NCBI RefSeq assembly: GCF_024521635.1
Contig: NW_026250403.1
Location: forward strand, 2,108,001 to 2,172,000
Direction: 5' to 3'
Length of the DNA stretch: 64,000 bases
Source: Tricharina praecox
Taxonomy: Eukaryota
In this document: positions 50,731 through 64,000 of the stretch, piece after piece
How the letters are laid out: each line of letters begins with the position of its first letter
How positions within the stretch are numbered: the first letter of the stretch is position 1
Notes under the pieces: generated by a model
Databases searched by the model: none
Seen by the model: only the letters and a program-made list of their open reading frames with translations
Told to the model about the DNA's origin: nothing
Program-made: the position numbers and the translations under genes

Positions 50731-53700
50731 AGGAGGAGGAGGAGAGTGGATGGTAGCTGGCTTTTATCGGTCAGTAAGTCCATGTCCCATGGTCCATGAG
50801 GCGCACTAACATATCCTCTCTCACACAGGTTTGGCCACGGAGGAAGATATGGATCAAATTGGGAAATCATGTGCTTTGTTGTTCGTCCTAGTAATTATTG
50901 CAACATCTGATTCTGACTTGGCCGAGGAGCGTGATCTTTCAGTGAGTGGAGTGGAGTAGACATCGATTTAGGAACCTTCGCAAGGCAGAGGCATGATCAG
51001 GCTCAACACGTCAAGAGAAAGGGAAAGGCGACGAGATGTCGTCGGGCACGTCGTAGCACTCGGATGGGATCCGAGGCGACCTCAAGCGGCTACTCGGATT
51101 GCTCAGATTGCTCGGTGCAACAAGCATTGATCACTTGGTCTCCATCGAACCAACCACCCACAATATCCTTATCCCTATCCACCACCACCACCACCACCAC
51201 CAGCACCACCATCACCACCATCACCATCACTATCACGCGGCAGTCCAATACATATTAAGGCAACGGCTATCCGGGTGGCGGCATATATGGTCTCCACGCG
51301 TCCCCTCTCAATTTGGGCGTCATGGCCCCGCCGCCGCACTGTAGCAGAGAACGAGCATAAATTACAATATTGCTATGTAAGTATATACTTCGACTCTCTC
51401 TCTCCGATTGTCTGGTTCAACCCTGTACTCCACGCATTGACGTGCTCGTTTAAAAAGTTTTTTTCTTCCGCAAAGCCTGTAGATATAGGGTCTATTTATT
51501 CTGACGTTCCGGGGGGGCGGATTGTATGTACCTACATAAGTGTGTGGATAATAGATATATTAGTTATTTTTTTTGGACATTCGAGAGATTTTTTCAGCAG
51601 CAATCGCGGCAACCCCATTTTTATTTTTTCAATCATTTTCAATCATTAAGGGCAGGAAACGTTTTTGCTCGGCCGGAATCTTCGGTCCTGCGCTCCGGTG
51701 GGCCAGACCATGCCTCCGACATCTCGGTTCGGCCCCATAGTTATGCACCATAGTTAATTGCCGCTGTTATAAAAAAGAAACCCACAAAAAATAAAAAGGT
51801 TCGAATGTTGCCGCTTCCCATGCGTGCACGGATGTCTTTTTTTTTGAGGAGGGGGGAGGGGGGGAGCCCGACGCGCGTTGCGCATAATTTTGAGCTGGGG
51901 CGGGGAAAAGATAGCGCTGACTACTACTATGGCTTAAGGCTCGAGTGACAGCAACTGAACCCGGCCGGCGGGGTAGAATAACCGTACGGGTGGGGAGGCC
52001 GCAGGCCAAAGTTGAGGCTCGGTGGAACGGACAGTCGACAGTCGACTATCTGAATAGATGGACTGCACGCTGAGGGCGTCAAGCGATGGGGTACGGTGCG
52101 TACATACATACAATGTACATACATACAGTCGTTTCAAATCGCCTAAGGCACACGCAGCACACGCACCTGGCAAGCTACCTATTTAGGATGTTACATACCG
52201 GTCTACCTACCGTACTATGTATGAAAAACCTTACGATCAACTGGCAGTTTTTGACTGCCGGCCGGCGCGATTGAACGATCATGGGTTGTTTGTTTCACTC
52301 GCTGTACTTGAGCTCGTTGCCTCGGCGTGAGCATTGGCGACAGTTTTTCACACTCTCCTCGGACTCGGACTCGGATGAGTGATAGAAAGTGAAGGTGTGC
52401 AATTACATGGCAACGAAGGCTGTGCACGCGCAGAGTTTACTCAGCCACGGTCAGGTCATTCGAAGGTTACCTAGTAATCCAGCAAAACCCGCGGCCGGGC
52501 ATTGCCGTCGTCTCCATCTCGCCAGCCCAGCGGGCTACGTACGGCTACGGCCAAGGCCTCCGCACACCGTACCCTACAGACATACCGAGCCGGCACTTTC
52601 GCCGGTCACTCACAGCACAGCCCTTGGTCCGTCGGCAGTACCTTTGATATGTACAATACTTGTGCGTCGCCCACCAACTCAGCAGGTGTCACTTCGATCC
52701 CGTGATGCGGGAACATTATCCTGTGCGCACGCGCGCGTGAAAGGGACCGGCGCGGGCTGTGCTACGTTCGAGTTCGTATCGGCGGGTGAGTGAGTGAGTG
52801 GGTGGGTGGGTGGGTTTCGTACAACGTTCGGCACGCCGTCTGCGCGATCGGTACCTGCAGCGCGCGAGGCGGAACAGCTCATGGTTTATATCTATAAACG
52901 TTTTTTTCTCCGGTACCTCGCGCAGAACGCAGAACGCAAATGGAATTCCTTCTTCATGCCGAGAAAAGGGGTGGAGACGACGACGACGACTACGACGACT
53001 ACGACGCAGGGGCGAGGGGCGGGAGGTCGGAAGACTCGTGACTGAAAGCGTATACCTACATTCTTACCGACGAGAGCGGGAAGGGACTTGAAGCGATGAA
53101 TGGCACCCCGCGGGGGGGCGGCAGCCGCAACCGCCTGAACCTGCCGACTGTGCTGGCGGCGCAGGTACTCTGCAGTATGATACCTACTATGAACTCACCT
53201 ACAGCCAAGATCGGCCCCCATAATTGAGTCTATCTGAGCACCTCAGCTCACGCGCGTCAACAATGACAGAATAGGGAGATATATGGCTATTCTGATGCCG
53301 TCTGCATGGCCAGAATGCAAACTCCGGTAGTTCGGGGTTTCTTGGACGCAGAGCAATCATAACTCCGGACATATAGTTAGTAGCGTGGCATTTACGGGAA
53401 CCAATGCGAATTGACGCCTTCTCGAAAGAAGAGGAAAAAAAATAGAAAGCAAAAAAGAGCCATGACGCGTCCCCGGAGTTTAACCGAGCGTACCTTGCAG
53501 CTAACAGCTAGCTAACCTCTGGGTGACAACTCTGCAGACCATCATGTAGGTGGAGTAGAAGCACGCGTGATGCCAGCTGCGCTGACAACAGATTTCCGCC
53601 GCAAGGCACTCACATCATGTAAGGCGTGCCTCCTCTTGGCTGCTGCCAATGGGGCCACTGGAATCGCGGGGGAGGCTTTTTCCCCTGTGCAGAAAAACGG

Positions 53701-56700
53701 TTGGAGCGGGCGTTTGCATGCTGAAGGCTTGTGTCAACAACGTGCTGCGGGCTAGTTACAGCGCGGGATGCCAAATCACGGCAGGGGATGATTCACTATG
53801 GTGGGGGTGTCACGATCGGGAATCTTGGCTCTGGGAGAACACTCGAGAGGTCGGAGGCCGAAATGTGCAGCCCCGCGCTTCGGTGATCTGGCCGTGAGTG
53901 TCCCCGGATTCCTATCCAACGGGTTTCGGCGGTTTGGCAGCATCCCCGGATTCCTATAAAACGGACTTCGGTACGGAGTGAAGATCCTTTCCCCTGGTAC
54001 ATAACTACGCCTGATATGCCGGAGTTCAATATCTCGACCTCGGATTGTCGTACGGACTGAAACTGTGCGACCGCCGCCGAAAGGCAGGTGGAGGTATAGC
54101 AGTGGTCACTCACCGGAATCACTCGCCAGGTCTGGCCCCCAACCAACGTAGGGAAAGCCAAGGTAGGCGGGGATAGATAGGTAGTTGGCTGACCGTGCAA
54201 GCATACCCCATCTACGAACCTGTAATGGTCCCTCGAAGGGGGAAGAATTAGGCACGGCCGCCGCAGTGTCCGTCCTCCGTCCTGCCCAGCTTCCCATCTT
54301 CCCAGCTGCCCAGCTGCCACATGCCGGCGGTGCCGAGACATGCAGCTGCCGGACTCCAGCAACTCCGACTCCCGCCCAGGCTTCTCTACGCACATACCCG
54401 AAGGTCGATACGTTTGGCGAATGTGCAGATGACTATTGAGATCGTGAGAGCAAACAAGCTGTGGTTTCCATATCTATGAGGTATGCACCACTATCGAGGC
54501 GCTTCCGACGATACTTCATGGTGCTATGGAGGACTCCGATACTGGGGTAAGCGTCTGCTATACTAACTAACTAGTAGTTGCATGGGAGATCGACGGTGCT
54601 GCGACCACGAGAGCCAATGTAGTCAAGCTGCCATGGAGGGAATGGGGGGGAGTGGGGCTCTAGGAATAGCAACACGGCATTTCTTTTGCCCAACCATCTC
54701 ATGATCATCGTCCATCCTACATCCATACGAGATATTCCAGGGCTAGGGATGTCAGAACCCCCAAGGAAGCGGAGGAGAAGAAGTTAATGCTGGATCACGG
54801 ATACGGCCAGAGGCCCAGAGCAGGATCGCGAGATCCCACCGCACTGATGCCGGTTGTTTTCTGCGTTCGGAGACCCAAGTAGAAGTAATCTATGTACGTG
54901 GTCGCGAATTGTGCAGCGATGTGATGGCTCTGCAGGAGCTGGTTGACGGATAACTATCTTCTGCTTCTTCTGACATTCCGGATTCAGCCGTTTTTCACGA
55001 CAAGAAGCGAGCCAACCGAGAGCTAGCCCCCCAGCCAGCCCCTAATGAAGATTCTATTGGCTGATGGTTGGCAACAACACAGCATGAAAGCCAGCCCACC
55101 ATATCCATCTTTATCCTGAGCTCCAGCTCAGTTGTGCTCCGTCTTCTGCAGCTAGTAACACAAAAGAGGCACTATGACGAATTCTCACCGCTGGAGGAGC
55201 TGGAGGATGAAGAGGGACTTCTGCCTGACTACATGATCTGCCCAAGTCATTGTCTCACCAAATCATCCGGATTGCGATGCGGACTCGGCGGGCCTAGCCG
55301 GCAAGGGGAGGATGAACTAGATGCCGTCTCGGAACCCGGATGGATTGAAAAGCCCCGACCCGCTGACATGATGAGGAATCCGAACTGCTCGTAATCGAGT
55401 CGGTCTGCGAACACAACCAGGCTGGCGTGATTTCCGACGCATCATCGCCATCACCGGATCGTTCCACTCGAACCGCGTGCCTCCTTCCTGTCCTACACAC
55501 TGCTGGAAGGTCCCAAGTGCGCCCAGGCCTCGAGCTCGCGGTCATCTCTGTGGATTTTCTGGTCGCGGGAGGATCAACTACCGCCTGGCACTATCAGGAA
55601 CCTAGGAATACTACCCGCGCATTCGACGCCACCGCCAACTGTAGTACCACATCGCTTGCCAGACGATAGTTAGCAACTTTCTCAGTGCTATCCACCGGCT
55701 GCTTGATAACTGGAATATAGAGTAGAGCGCCTGGAGTTCTCGAGCCCTGGCTAATAACATGCATTAGCTGTTTGTTGGTAGCCGCTACTATATGGTAACT
55801 ATTGGACTGTGTGCATGGAATCACCGGTTCGTTTTCGCATGGGGTAGCCTGGTCGATAAGTAATAGCAAAAGCCGGCAGCTGCCGATTAGCCCTAACTAC
55901 TCACCTCTCTCACTCTCGAACTCATGGATGTGATGTGAATAACTGATTAGGTGAGTAACTATTGCATCGACGGCTCCAATCAAGAGCCCCAGAAGTTGGA
56001 GAATAGCAATGATCCCAGGAGCAGGCACGTATGTGCGCAGGGAACTGTAGGCATCCTTCACGCCGTACCAACTAATGCCTAATAGCATGGCGACTATAGC
56101 TACTCAGAGCCTCCAGATGCGAGGAAAACGAGCAGTCCATGCGTTCCGTGTGCCTTATTCATAGACGTGTCAATACCTACATGCACGCGCAGCCTGCAAG
56201 CCGTTTAAGCCGTCAAATCAATCATGACTTCGATACCTATCTCATGATGGTCATCACCACGGTGCATCCCGGCACTGTCAGGACTATTTCTGCACTTGCT
56301 TCTGCCCGACAGCTTCAACGCTTTGCCTTGCGGGTGACGGGCTCAAGAGTTACGCCTTGCCACCGATACAGCAGTGCGCGATGGGCCCGAAGACTCGTGG
56401 TCATGTAGGTATTAGTCCATCTGCAGCTGGCTGATTGTCAAGCGTCTGCGCTAGATAGTAGAGCAAGTTCATGCACCCTGGTAGGTGCTTTTTGTCGTAC
56501 CTTCTGTGCTCATCTTTGTGGTTCAGTGGAATCTTCGCGTAAATTGGGGGTTATTCGGATATCGGGTCGTGGGGGTAGTAGATAGTAAGAAGTATCTAGC
56601 GGGAGATGTTTTTTTGTAATATTATCTTCACAAGCCATTCCAACAGTGTTAATACTCTACCGCGGAGGATTCGGGGATGGAACGGGGGTTCGATACTATA

Positions 56701-58610
56701 GCTCTGCTGTGTTCTGCGCAGAACCAAGCCGGGTGTTCTAATACCTTGCAGAATCTCAGCTGGGAGGTGGCAAACCCACCATGATACCGTAATAACTCAC
56801 TTAAGAGGCAATGTCTCGGTTCTTTTATCTTTTACGCCTAGCACACATATTAATTCCTGAACGGGAAGTAAAACAATACAAGTATACGATTTTCTTTCAC
56901 AATACAAGTCAAGCTATTCAACGCGGGAGGCCTATTGCTAGATATGTCTAAAAATCATTACCTCTCAAGTGACATACAACGGTAGACCCAGCCGGGTGTT
57001 CGATCGGACCCGCACAGACAAATATACCGACCAGGTTAATTGTACTGAAACGGATATGTCAAGCGTGAGGCTTCCGGATCTCCTATTGTGGCAGAAGTGT
57101 CTATTTGTAGTACTTGCCATGTACCGCCGCACACACCCTCGCTTTGCGCGCTGGGTGGACCCTGGCGCACTCTGCAGATCTGATCTCTTCCCTAGCTAGC
57201 TATGACCACCACTTGAGATCTATCGCCCCCACCGGAGTTTAGAATTCCCAGCGGGTACTACATACATCATCAGTCAAGTCCTCAAGGCGCGGTGATCAAG
57301 GGACCGTCTGGTAAGTAAGTATGTATGTACTACCACCACCATCACCGCCGCCATCAGTACGGGCCTTGAAGATGCCGATCCAGACGTGAGTCAGGTCATA
57401 CTTCTCCACAGATGTTACACTGTTCCCCCGGACCACTAACGGAGAGCATCTGCCATGGCCATGGCCATGATGGTCACGGCGTGCGAGCCGCCCCACCGAC
57501 GAGCCCGATGTGGGCAACCGCGGGCTGCTAGATCAAACGGATATCCGCCAATATCAACAGGCTGATATAGAAGAATACTGCAGACGAATGCCGACACCAA
57601 TGCGGGGCGGGGCTTGGTCACGCCGGCCTAACGGAGCCGAAGGAACCTGCGTTTCTCGGACAGGGACACATGCCGCATTCTTCATGCAGTCTGATTCTCC
57701 TCCTCCCCCCCATGATACTCCGCCCGGCCACCCCACAAAGTTGAAATATTCTACATAGCCATTCCTTGCGTAACATGTATTCGGAAGCTCCTCCCCCCTA
57801 GGCATTGCTGCCTCATGTTGCTATTCGCCGGTAGTTAAGAATTGCGAGAAAAAAACATGTCACTGGCCACGCGCCACACCCCCCATGCCAGTAAGATCGT
57901 ATTCTCGCGGACCAATTCCCCTATTCTCTGGCGGAATGTAATCACTCGGTGATAGCGGCCCCGGAGGTCTCAGTAATAACCCCGGGTCCTAGCAGTAGGA
58001 CGTTGTGGCTATTCTTCTACTCCGCTGCTACTATAGTCTGTATGTACTGGCAGTTGTCAGTTGCACCCCAGAGTAGATACGACTTCCGAGTCATCATGAA
58101 TCCCAACAACTAGAGGTCTTAGATACTCGGTGATCTGAGACATTTTAGCCAATCGCACAAGACCACCCCTACGATCCGAAATGTGAAATGCGGGACGTAT
58201 CGTGCATCGACTGGACATCTATTCTTCAACAGGTACTGGAATAGAAACCCTTTTTACCGGAGGTGTGCCATTTCTCGGCTCCCGGACTCCGCATTCTGCA
58301 GTACCACCGTTTCCGAGATGCAAAGACCAGCTGCAGCTGTGCATGATCCACCTTGGGTAGGGACTCGGAAATCCCGTCCCTACAGCTACGTACTACATCG
58401 ACTCGGCTTGCAGTTCTGTATGTGTCCCACCGGACTGGCTGAGCCATATCTCATCATCAATATATGCTACCCAGTATGTAGTGGCCTGGTTGGATTCTTA
58501 TAAAGACCGCCGTCCGCCTCCCCTCCACAAATTTCATCTCCATCCGCTCGGTCAAGGACCAATACACAGTCTTCAACTCTCGTTTTCATCCGATCAGAGA
58601 AATCGAGGAG

Positions 58611-60800
58611 ATGTCTAGCCTCATCAAAACTATACTTGGGGTGACCACCGCGGTGGCTACTCTCACCCAAACAATCACCAACGGCGCGTCCCTATGGGGA
58701 ACCCTTGATTGTCCAACGTTCCCCAAGTTCCTCACGAACAATCCGTTGCCCCTCGGATATCCATGGGGTAAGCCATCCCCCCGTTCCAAAACCGATGTTC
58801 CATCCCACTAACGATGGTGTGTGCAGGTGGTCTCACTGCGAACGGCTCGAATCCGTACACGCAGGCACCTCTGACCGGAGTTGTGCGAAAGTACACTTTC
58901 AACGTCGCCCGCACAACTCTGGCTCCGGACGGCGTTGACAAGGACATGATTGTCGTCAATGGCCAGTTCCCCGGCCCCGTCATCGAGGCCAACTGGGGTG
59001 ATTGGATTGAAGGTTCGCAATACAAATATCCAGGAATTTCCAATCATGATTCTAATTACCGCCCTAGTAACTGTCAACAACAACCTCGAGGATGAAGGTA
59101 CCTCTCTGCACTGGCACGGGCTTCTTCAGACTGCGACTCCTTGGTTTGAGTATGATTTCCCCTTCTGGCTTGGAATCAGTAGGTTCATATGCTGACGTTC
59201 GCTTGTTACACAGCGGTGTTCCCTCTGTTCAGGTATTACCAACCACTCTCAGGGTTTTATATTTGTACTAATATCTATCTAGCAATGTCCTATTGCCCCC
59301 GGCGCTTCTTTCACTTACCGTTTCCGTGCTGATCTCTATGGCTCATCTGTAAGTACCGAACGAGTTCTCATGATTGATCACCGCTGACAAGACCGGTGAT
59401 AGTGGTGGCATTCGCATTACTCTGGACAATATGCTGGTGGCCTGTTGGGCCCCATGATCATCCACGGACCTAATCACCTTAAGGGTAGCGAAGACTACGA
59501 CGTCGACATTGGCCCCGTCTTCCTCACGGATTGGTACCACCGCGAGTACTTTGATATCGTAAAGGATATCATGAGCACCGACATTGTCACTGTCCTAGCT
59601 GCAGGCGCCTCGCAGAACAACCTGATCAACGGCAAGATGAACTACAACTGTTCTCTAACCACCCAGGCTTGCAAGGAGAACGCCGGTATCAGCAAGTTCA
59701 GCTTCGAGACGGGAAAGAAGCACCGCCTGCGCCTCATAAACGCGGGTGCCGAGGGCCAGCAGAAGTTCTCGATCGACGGGCACAACCTGACCGTCATCGC
59801 CCACGACTTTGTCCCCGTCACGCCCTACACCGTCAACATGGTCTCGCTCGGCATCGGTCAGCGAGTCGATGTCGTCGTCACCGCCAACGGACCCGCCACT
59901 GGATCCTACTTCATGCGTTCCTCGATCCAGACCGGCTGCACGCCTTCCAACCAGCCCGACGCCTTGGCCGTGATCTACTACCCCAGCGCCGACACGACCA
60001 AGCTTCCCACCTCGACCGCGCAGACGGACACCCTCAGCGACTGCACGGAAGCGAACTACCCACTAGAAGACACCACTCCGATCTTCACGATCACGCCCGC
60101 CACCGAGCCGGAGATCACCCACGAGATCGACATCACCTTCGGCCAGAACGAGACCGGACACTGGTTGTGGATGATGAACGACGTCTCTTTCCGTGCCAAC
60201 TTCAACGCGCCCGTCCTGCTGCTCGCCCACGCCGGAAACACCAGCTTCCCTGAGAACTGGAACGTCTACAACGGCGGAACCGCTAAGACTATCCGTGTCA
60301 TCCTGAACAACCGCTCCGGAGTCAGGCATCCCATGCATCTGCACGGTTTGTATTCCCCTTCTGCCTCTCTCTCTCTCTCTCTTCTTACTAACCCCCGCTG
60401 TCCAGGCCACAACATGTTCGAGCTCTCGTCCGGCGACGGAGATTGGGACGGCACGGTGACCAACCCGACCAACCCGGCACGTCGCGACACGCACGTCATC
60501 CGCGGCAATGGCCACTTCGTCTTCCAGTACGACGCCGACAACCCCGGTGTCTGGCCCTTCCACTGCCACATCGCCTGGCACGTGTCCGGCGGCCTCTACG
60601 TCAACCTCATGGAGCGCCCCGACGACATCAAGGACCACATGCAGATCCCGCAGATCATGGCCCAGACCTGCCGTGACTGGGCTACTTACACCAACGGAAC
60701 CGTAATCGAGCAGTAAGCTCTCCCCCTCCCCTCCCACCCTCCCTCTCAACACCGAAAACATAGTACTGACCAAAAATTCAGGATCGATTCCGGATTGTAA
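58611..60800 (+). CDS. Laccase-like multicopper oxidase (AA1). Exons 58611-58767, 58827-59012, 59068-59149, 59214-59232, 59283-59348, 59403-60345, 60406-60712, 60782-60800
   Basis: All four copper motifs: HWHG, WWHSH, HPMHLHG|H, HCHIAWHVSGGL (axial Leu); ascomycete C-terminus QIDSGL*; seven GT-AG introns restore the frame. Confidence 0.96.
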
Positions 60801-63800
60801 TCGCAGCAAACAAAAAAAAACTACATACTAGTTGAATAGTAATGGATGGGATTGGTGTTTGGGATCGGATTATTGTTTAATGGATACGCATAGTATGGTG
60901 CATATTTTTGGTTATAGTTATGGTCATGGTTGTGGTTACGAGATGCATTCAGTGTTTTACGTGGGATATCGCTCTACCTACCTAGGCTACATGGGGGAAG
61001 GGGAGAGGGGAAGGGCGATTGGGGCTGTAATGTAGTCGTATTTAAGAAGTATGCATTGCCCGATTGATTGATTGATTGATTTGCGTGGCGACTTGACTTG
61101 ACTCGGAGTGACATTGTGTGATGCAGTGACTGGGGTTTTTTTTGAGATGATTCTGAGGACTCTCCGAGTGATATACAGGATACGGCGTCCCTTCCTATCA
61201 TAACTTTTAAGCTTGTACTTACACTCCCAAGAAGTTCCGAGGCTTCCTGGGCTGCTTTAATTGGAGGGCTCTTGTGCCAGTTCGGGCCTCGTCTCCAAAG
61301 CTACCCCCTCAATAATCTCGACCAGCTTAAGGTGAACGATTACGTTGGGCTTTCCCCGGAAAGTTTGTTAGCAACGCAACGGCCCGCGCCCTATGTGGGT
61401 ACATGTATGATACATTCTACAAGTTACTACTACCTAGTAGAGGTTGGAAGATCCAAAGACGTTGAGATTCCGATTCTCTAAACTCCGAATAGGTATGGCG
61501 AGCCATGAGCGCGCGCCGCGAAAGGTGCTCGAATGCTCTTGCAAGTTGCAACACGTTCTTCCCCAACGTTAAAGCATAAAATACAACACATAACACACAC
61601 TCGATAGTGTCGAAGTTCCAACTTAGAGCAGAGCAGACTGCTAGAATGCGCTCTTGCATGGACAGTGGTCGGTGGATGGGGTTTTGACCTTCGGGTTTCC
61701 TCTAAAACAAAAACATTGTCTTCCTGGCTTTCACAGCGAGCGAGGGGATGAGGTTCTTGATCCACGTATCTATGTAACCGGGGCTTATTCCGACTGAAGC
61801 TACAAAGCCAGCACTATCTTCGACCCGGTACGACTGCGTCAAACTTAATTCTAATTTCTTCCAAAGACGAGCAGGGGCCGGTCACCGGCGACGAGCGAGT
61901 GAGCACCCGTGAAACCAAGACATAACTACATACCTATGTAGGCAAGCAGACGCGTAGAGAGAGCACATCAATGTATTGTCGCATGCGGCCTTTACTAGAC
62001 TATGGCAACCAAGCAGATGCGTAATAACCGATAGAAAAGAAACATACATGGATTGACGAGTGATGCCCCATGCACCTATATAAGTTGTCTAGACGGCACT
62101 ACCACATCTAGCCCTCACTGAGTCACTGAGTTTCTATGGCAATTGCCAGCCCTGGGTTACTCCCTCCCCATCTCCCATCTCCCGTCTGCACCTGCAAGGC
62201 TGCAACCGCCAATGCAAGGTTTCCCTCATGTGAATACGGCGTGGGCATTATAATCCGCCATCACTAGGTTTGGACTCCGGAGTAGGAATGGTGGCAGCGA
62301 GATACCATCTGTCACTCGCAACACTGATTCGCTGCCCAACCTCTAAAAAATAAAAATGGCCTTGAGCATGCGCCTGTACGTAGCCGTGAAGACTTATCAC
62401 CCCGTCCGAGGGACGGCCTAGAGGACCTCTTAGGCCTTTGGTCGTCGGGAGTCTCTAGATACCTAGGTAGTAGAGAAGCATTTCCAGAATTAGTTGCGAG
62501 GAAGGCCGCGCTATGTACCTACCTAGCTGTATTTCTCTCTCTCTCGGGCGGTACGGTATCGTCAAAAGAAGTAGGTAGACGACTATACATAGCAAAAAAA
62601 CCCCAACTAAGTATGTACCAGGTTGCCTACGGACACACAGACAGGAGTCACCATTCATTCATCCGGCCGAGTGCTCGTATGTACATACGGTTTCACGGGA
62701 TACCGCGATCAATCATGAATGGCAAACTTTCACCCGTAATCACATAACATGTGTATCAAAGTCTGAACTGCATGTGAGAGTTGTTTCCGATATGTTATTC
62801 TAGGTTATCCGAGTGTCCTGGACGTGGATTCAAAGCCCATGGACGATACTGAAGTGTAATGCGAGATCGGTGAGCTAATGGTTTGAAGTGAGAAGTATGA
62901 TACCGGGAGGCCCCGAGAATACTCGTGGAATGGCCAACGTGCCGTACTCGTACTGCGGCACGTGCCAGCCTGCCAGGGCGACTCCGTACCAACATACATA
63001 GCCCTACCAAGCTCCAACGACGCATATGCAGTCCGAACCCATACTAGCCCTAGACGCGAAGAAGACCGAGTGAGCTTCAAAGTTCATTCCAGTCTTTTAG
63101 GGAGTCGCGGCTCATGCCTACAACCAGGCCTACGACCCAGCCCGATGGGACGTGCCATGTCTTTGTTCTTGTCTGGGGAGGCACTCCAGAACCGCATCCC
63201 ATCCAGACCCCCACGCCTTTATACGTAGTATGTAGAGCAAGATAGTAGGTAGCTCCGTGGGGGCCGGCTCGGGGAATTCATGGCGTCTTGTGGGATTTGC
63301 TTTTTTGTCGGGATTCACCGGTGCATACATACGGTATTCCGGCCGTTAATACTAGTAGTCAAAGGTCCGAGCGCAGGGCAACGTGAATCGCCGTTCTGTT
63401 CTCGGGAGATGAAGTCTAAAGACCGTCCTTTTGTTTAAAATCTCCCCACGTTTATTCTCAGCAGGGAACGACACACGGGCGAGTACACGAACTATGTACC
63501 GAGCCTCGTGTCGGCTGAGAGCGGGTAGGTAACATGTACACATCCAGATGTACGGTAGAGTACCGGCCGTTGTGTCAATCGGTGCAGAACGCCTACGGTG
63601 TTCTACTCGCGGTACGAACCGGAACACCTCGCCTCGTCCGCCCTTTTGAGGACAATACCAGAGCAGCGCAAAAAACGCAAAGCCCCCCGTGGAACTCGAT
63701 CGATGCAATGTACATTCCCGACGGCGAGAAGGAATAGGATAAATACTTTCTCTACATAACTTTGGCATAACTTACGGTCTTCTAACCGCGACTCTGCGCG

Positions 63801-64000
63801 ATTTAAGCGTATGTATTGTACGTAAGTACACACAACCTGCTGTCGTTGTAGAGCGTTTGAGCTTATGCCGGTTTCAGTGACAGTGTCAGGAACGCCGATG
63901 TTGGCTGTTGGTGTTGGGCTGGGTATAGGAAATCCTTTGTTTACATACGGTTTCCGGTCCGTCGTCGTCGTTGTCAATCGGGATCGCCAGACCCCGCAAC

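Noticed and set aside
62800-62850. tRNA-like fragments (also GGTTCGA motifs at about 42859 and 56687)
   Set aside because: No cloverleaf or properly spaced A/B boxes could be built.

Overview
This is eukaryotic genomic DNA from a filamentous ascomycete (short GT-AG introns with CTRAY branch points; finer taxonomy not determinable here). The left half is gene-dense: poly(A)-binding protein (3' end runs off the window), an IQ-HECT E3 ligase (Hul5/UBE3C type), mitochondrial ribosomal protein S7, a makorin-type CCCH/RING protein, a secreted GH43 endo-arabinanase, an AA9 LPMO with CBM1, an F-box protein, a class II cAMP phosphodiesterase and a 1213-aa disordered protein with a C-terminal Cys/His domain. 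The right half is gene-poor: a decayed trypsin-like protease gene, two microprotein ORFs, a stand-alone Ty1/copia Gag-like ORF, a 647-bp TIR element, minisatellites and an 8-exon laccase. The best leads are (1) PDE1 has no in-frame AUG in front of its conserved first exon, sits behind about 1.75 kb with no ATG, and has an in-frame GCCACC-ATT, suggesting non-AUG initiation; (2) the Gag N-terminal-domain ORF has no LTR or pol but has spliceosomal-intron signals, suggesting domestication; (3) the makorin carries a PAM2 motif and lies about 8 kb from PABP, its likely partner. Exon coordinates were deduced by eye from splice signals and protein motifs; no database searches were run.
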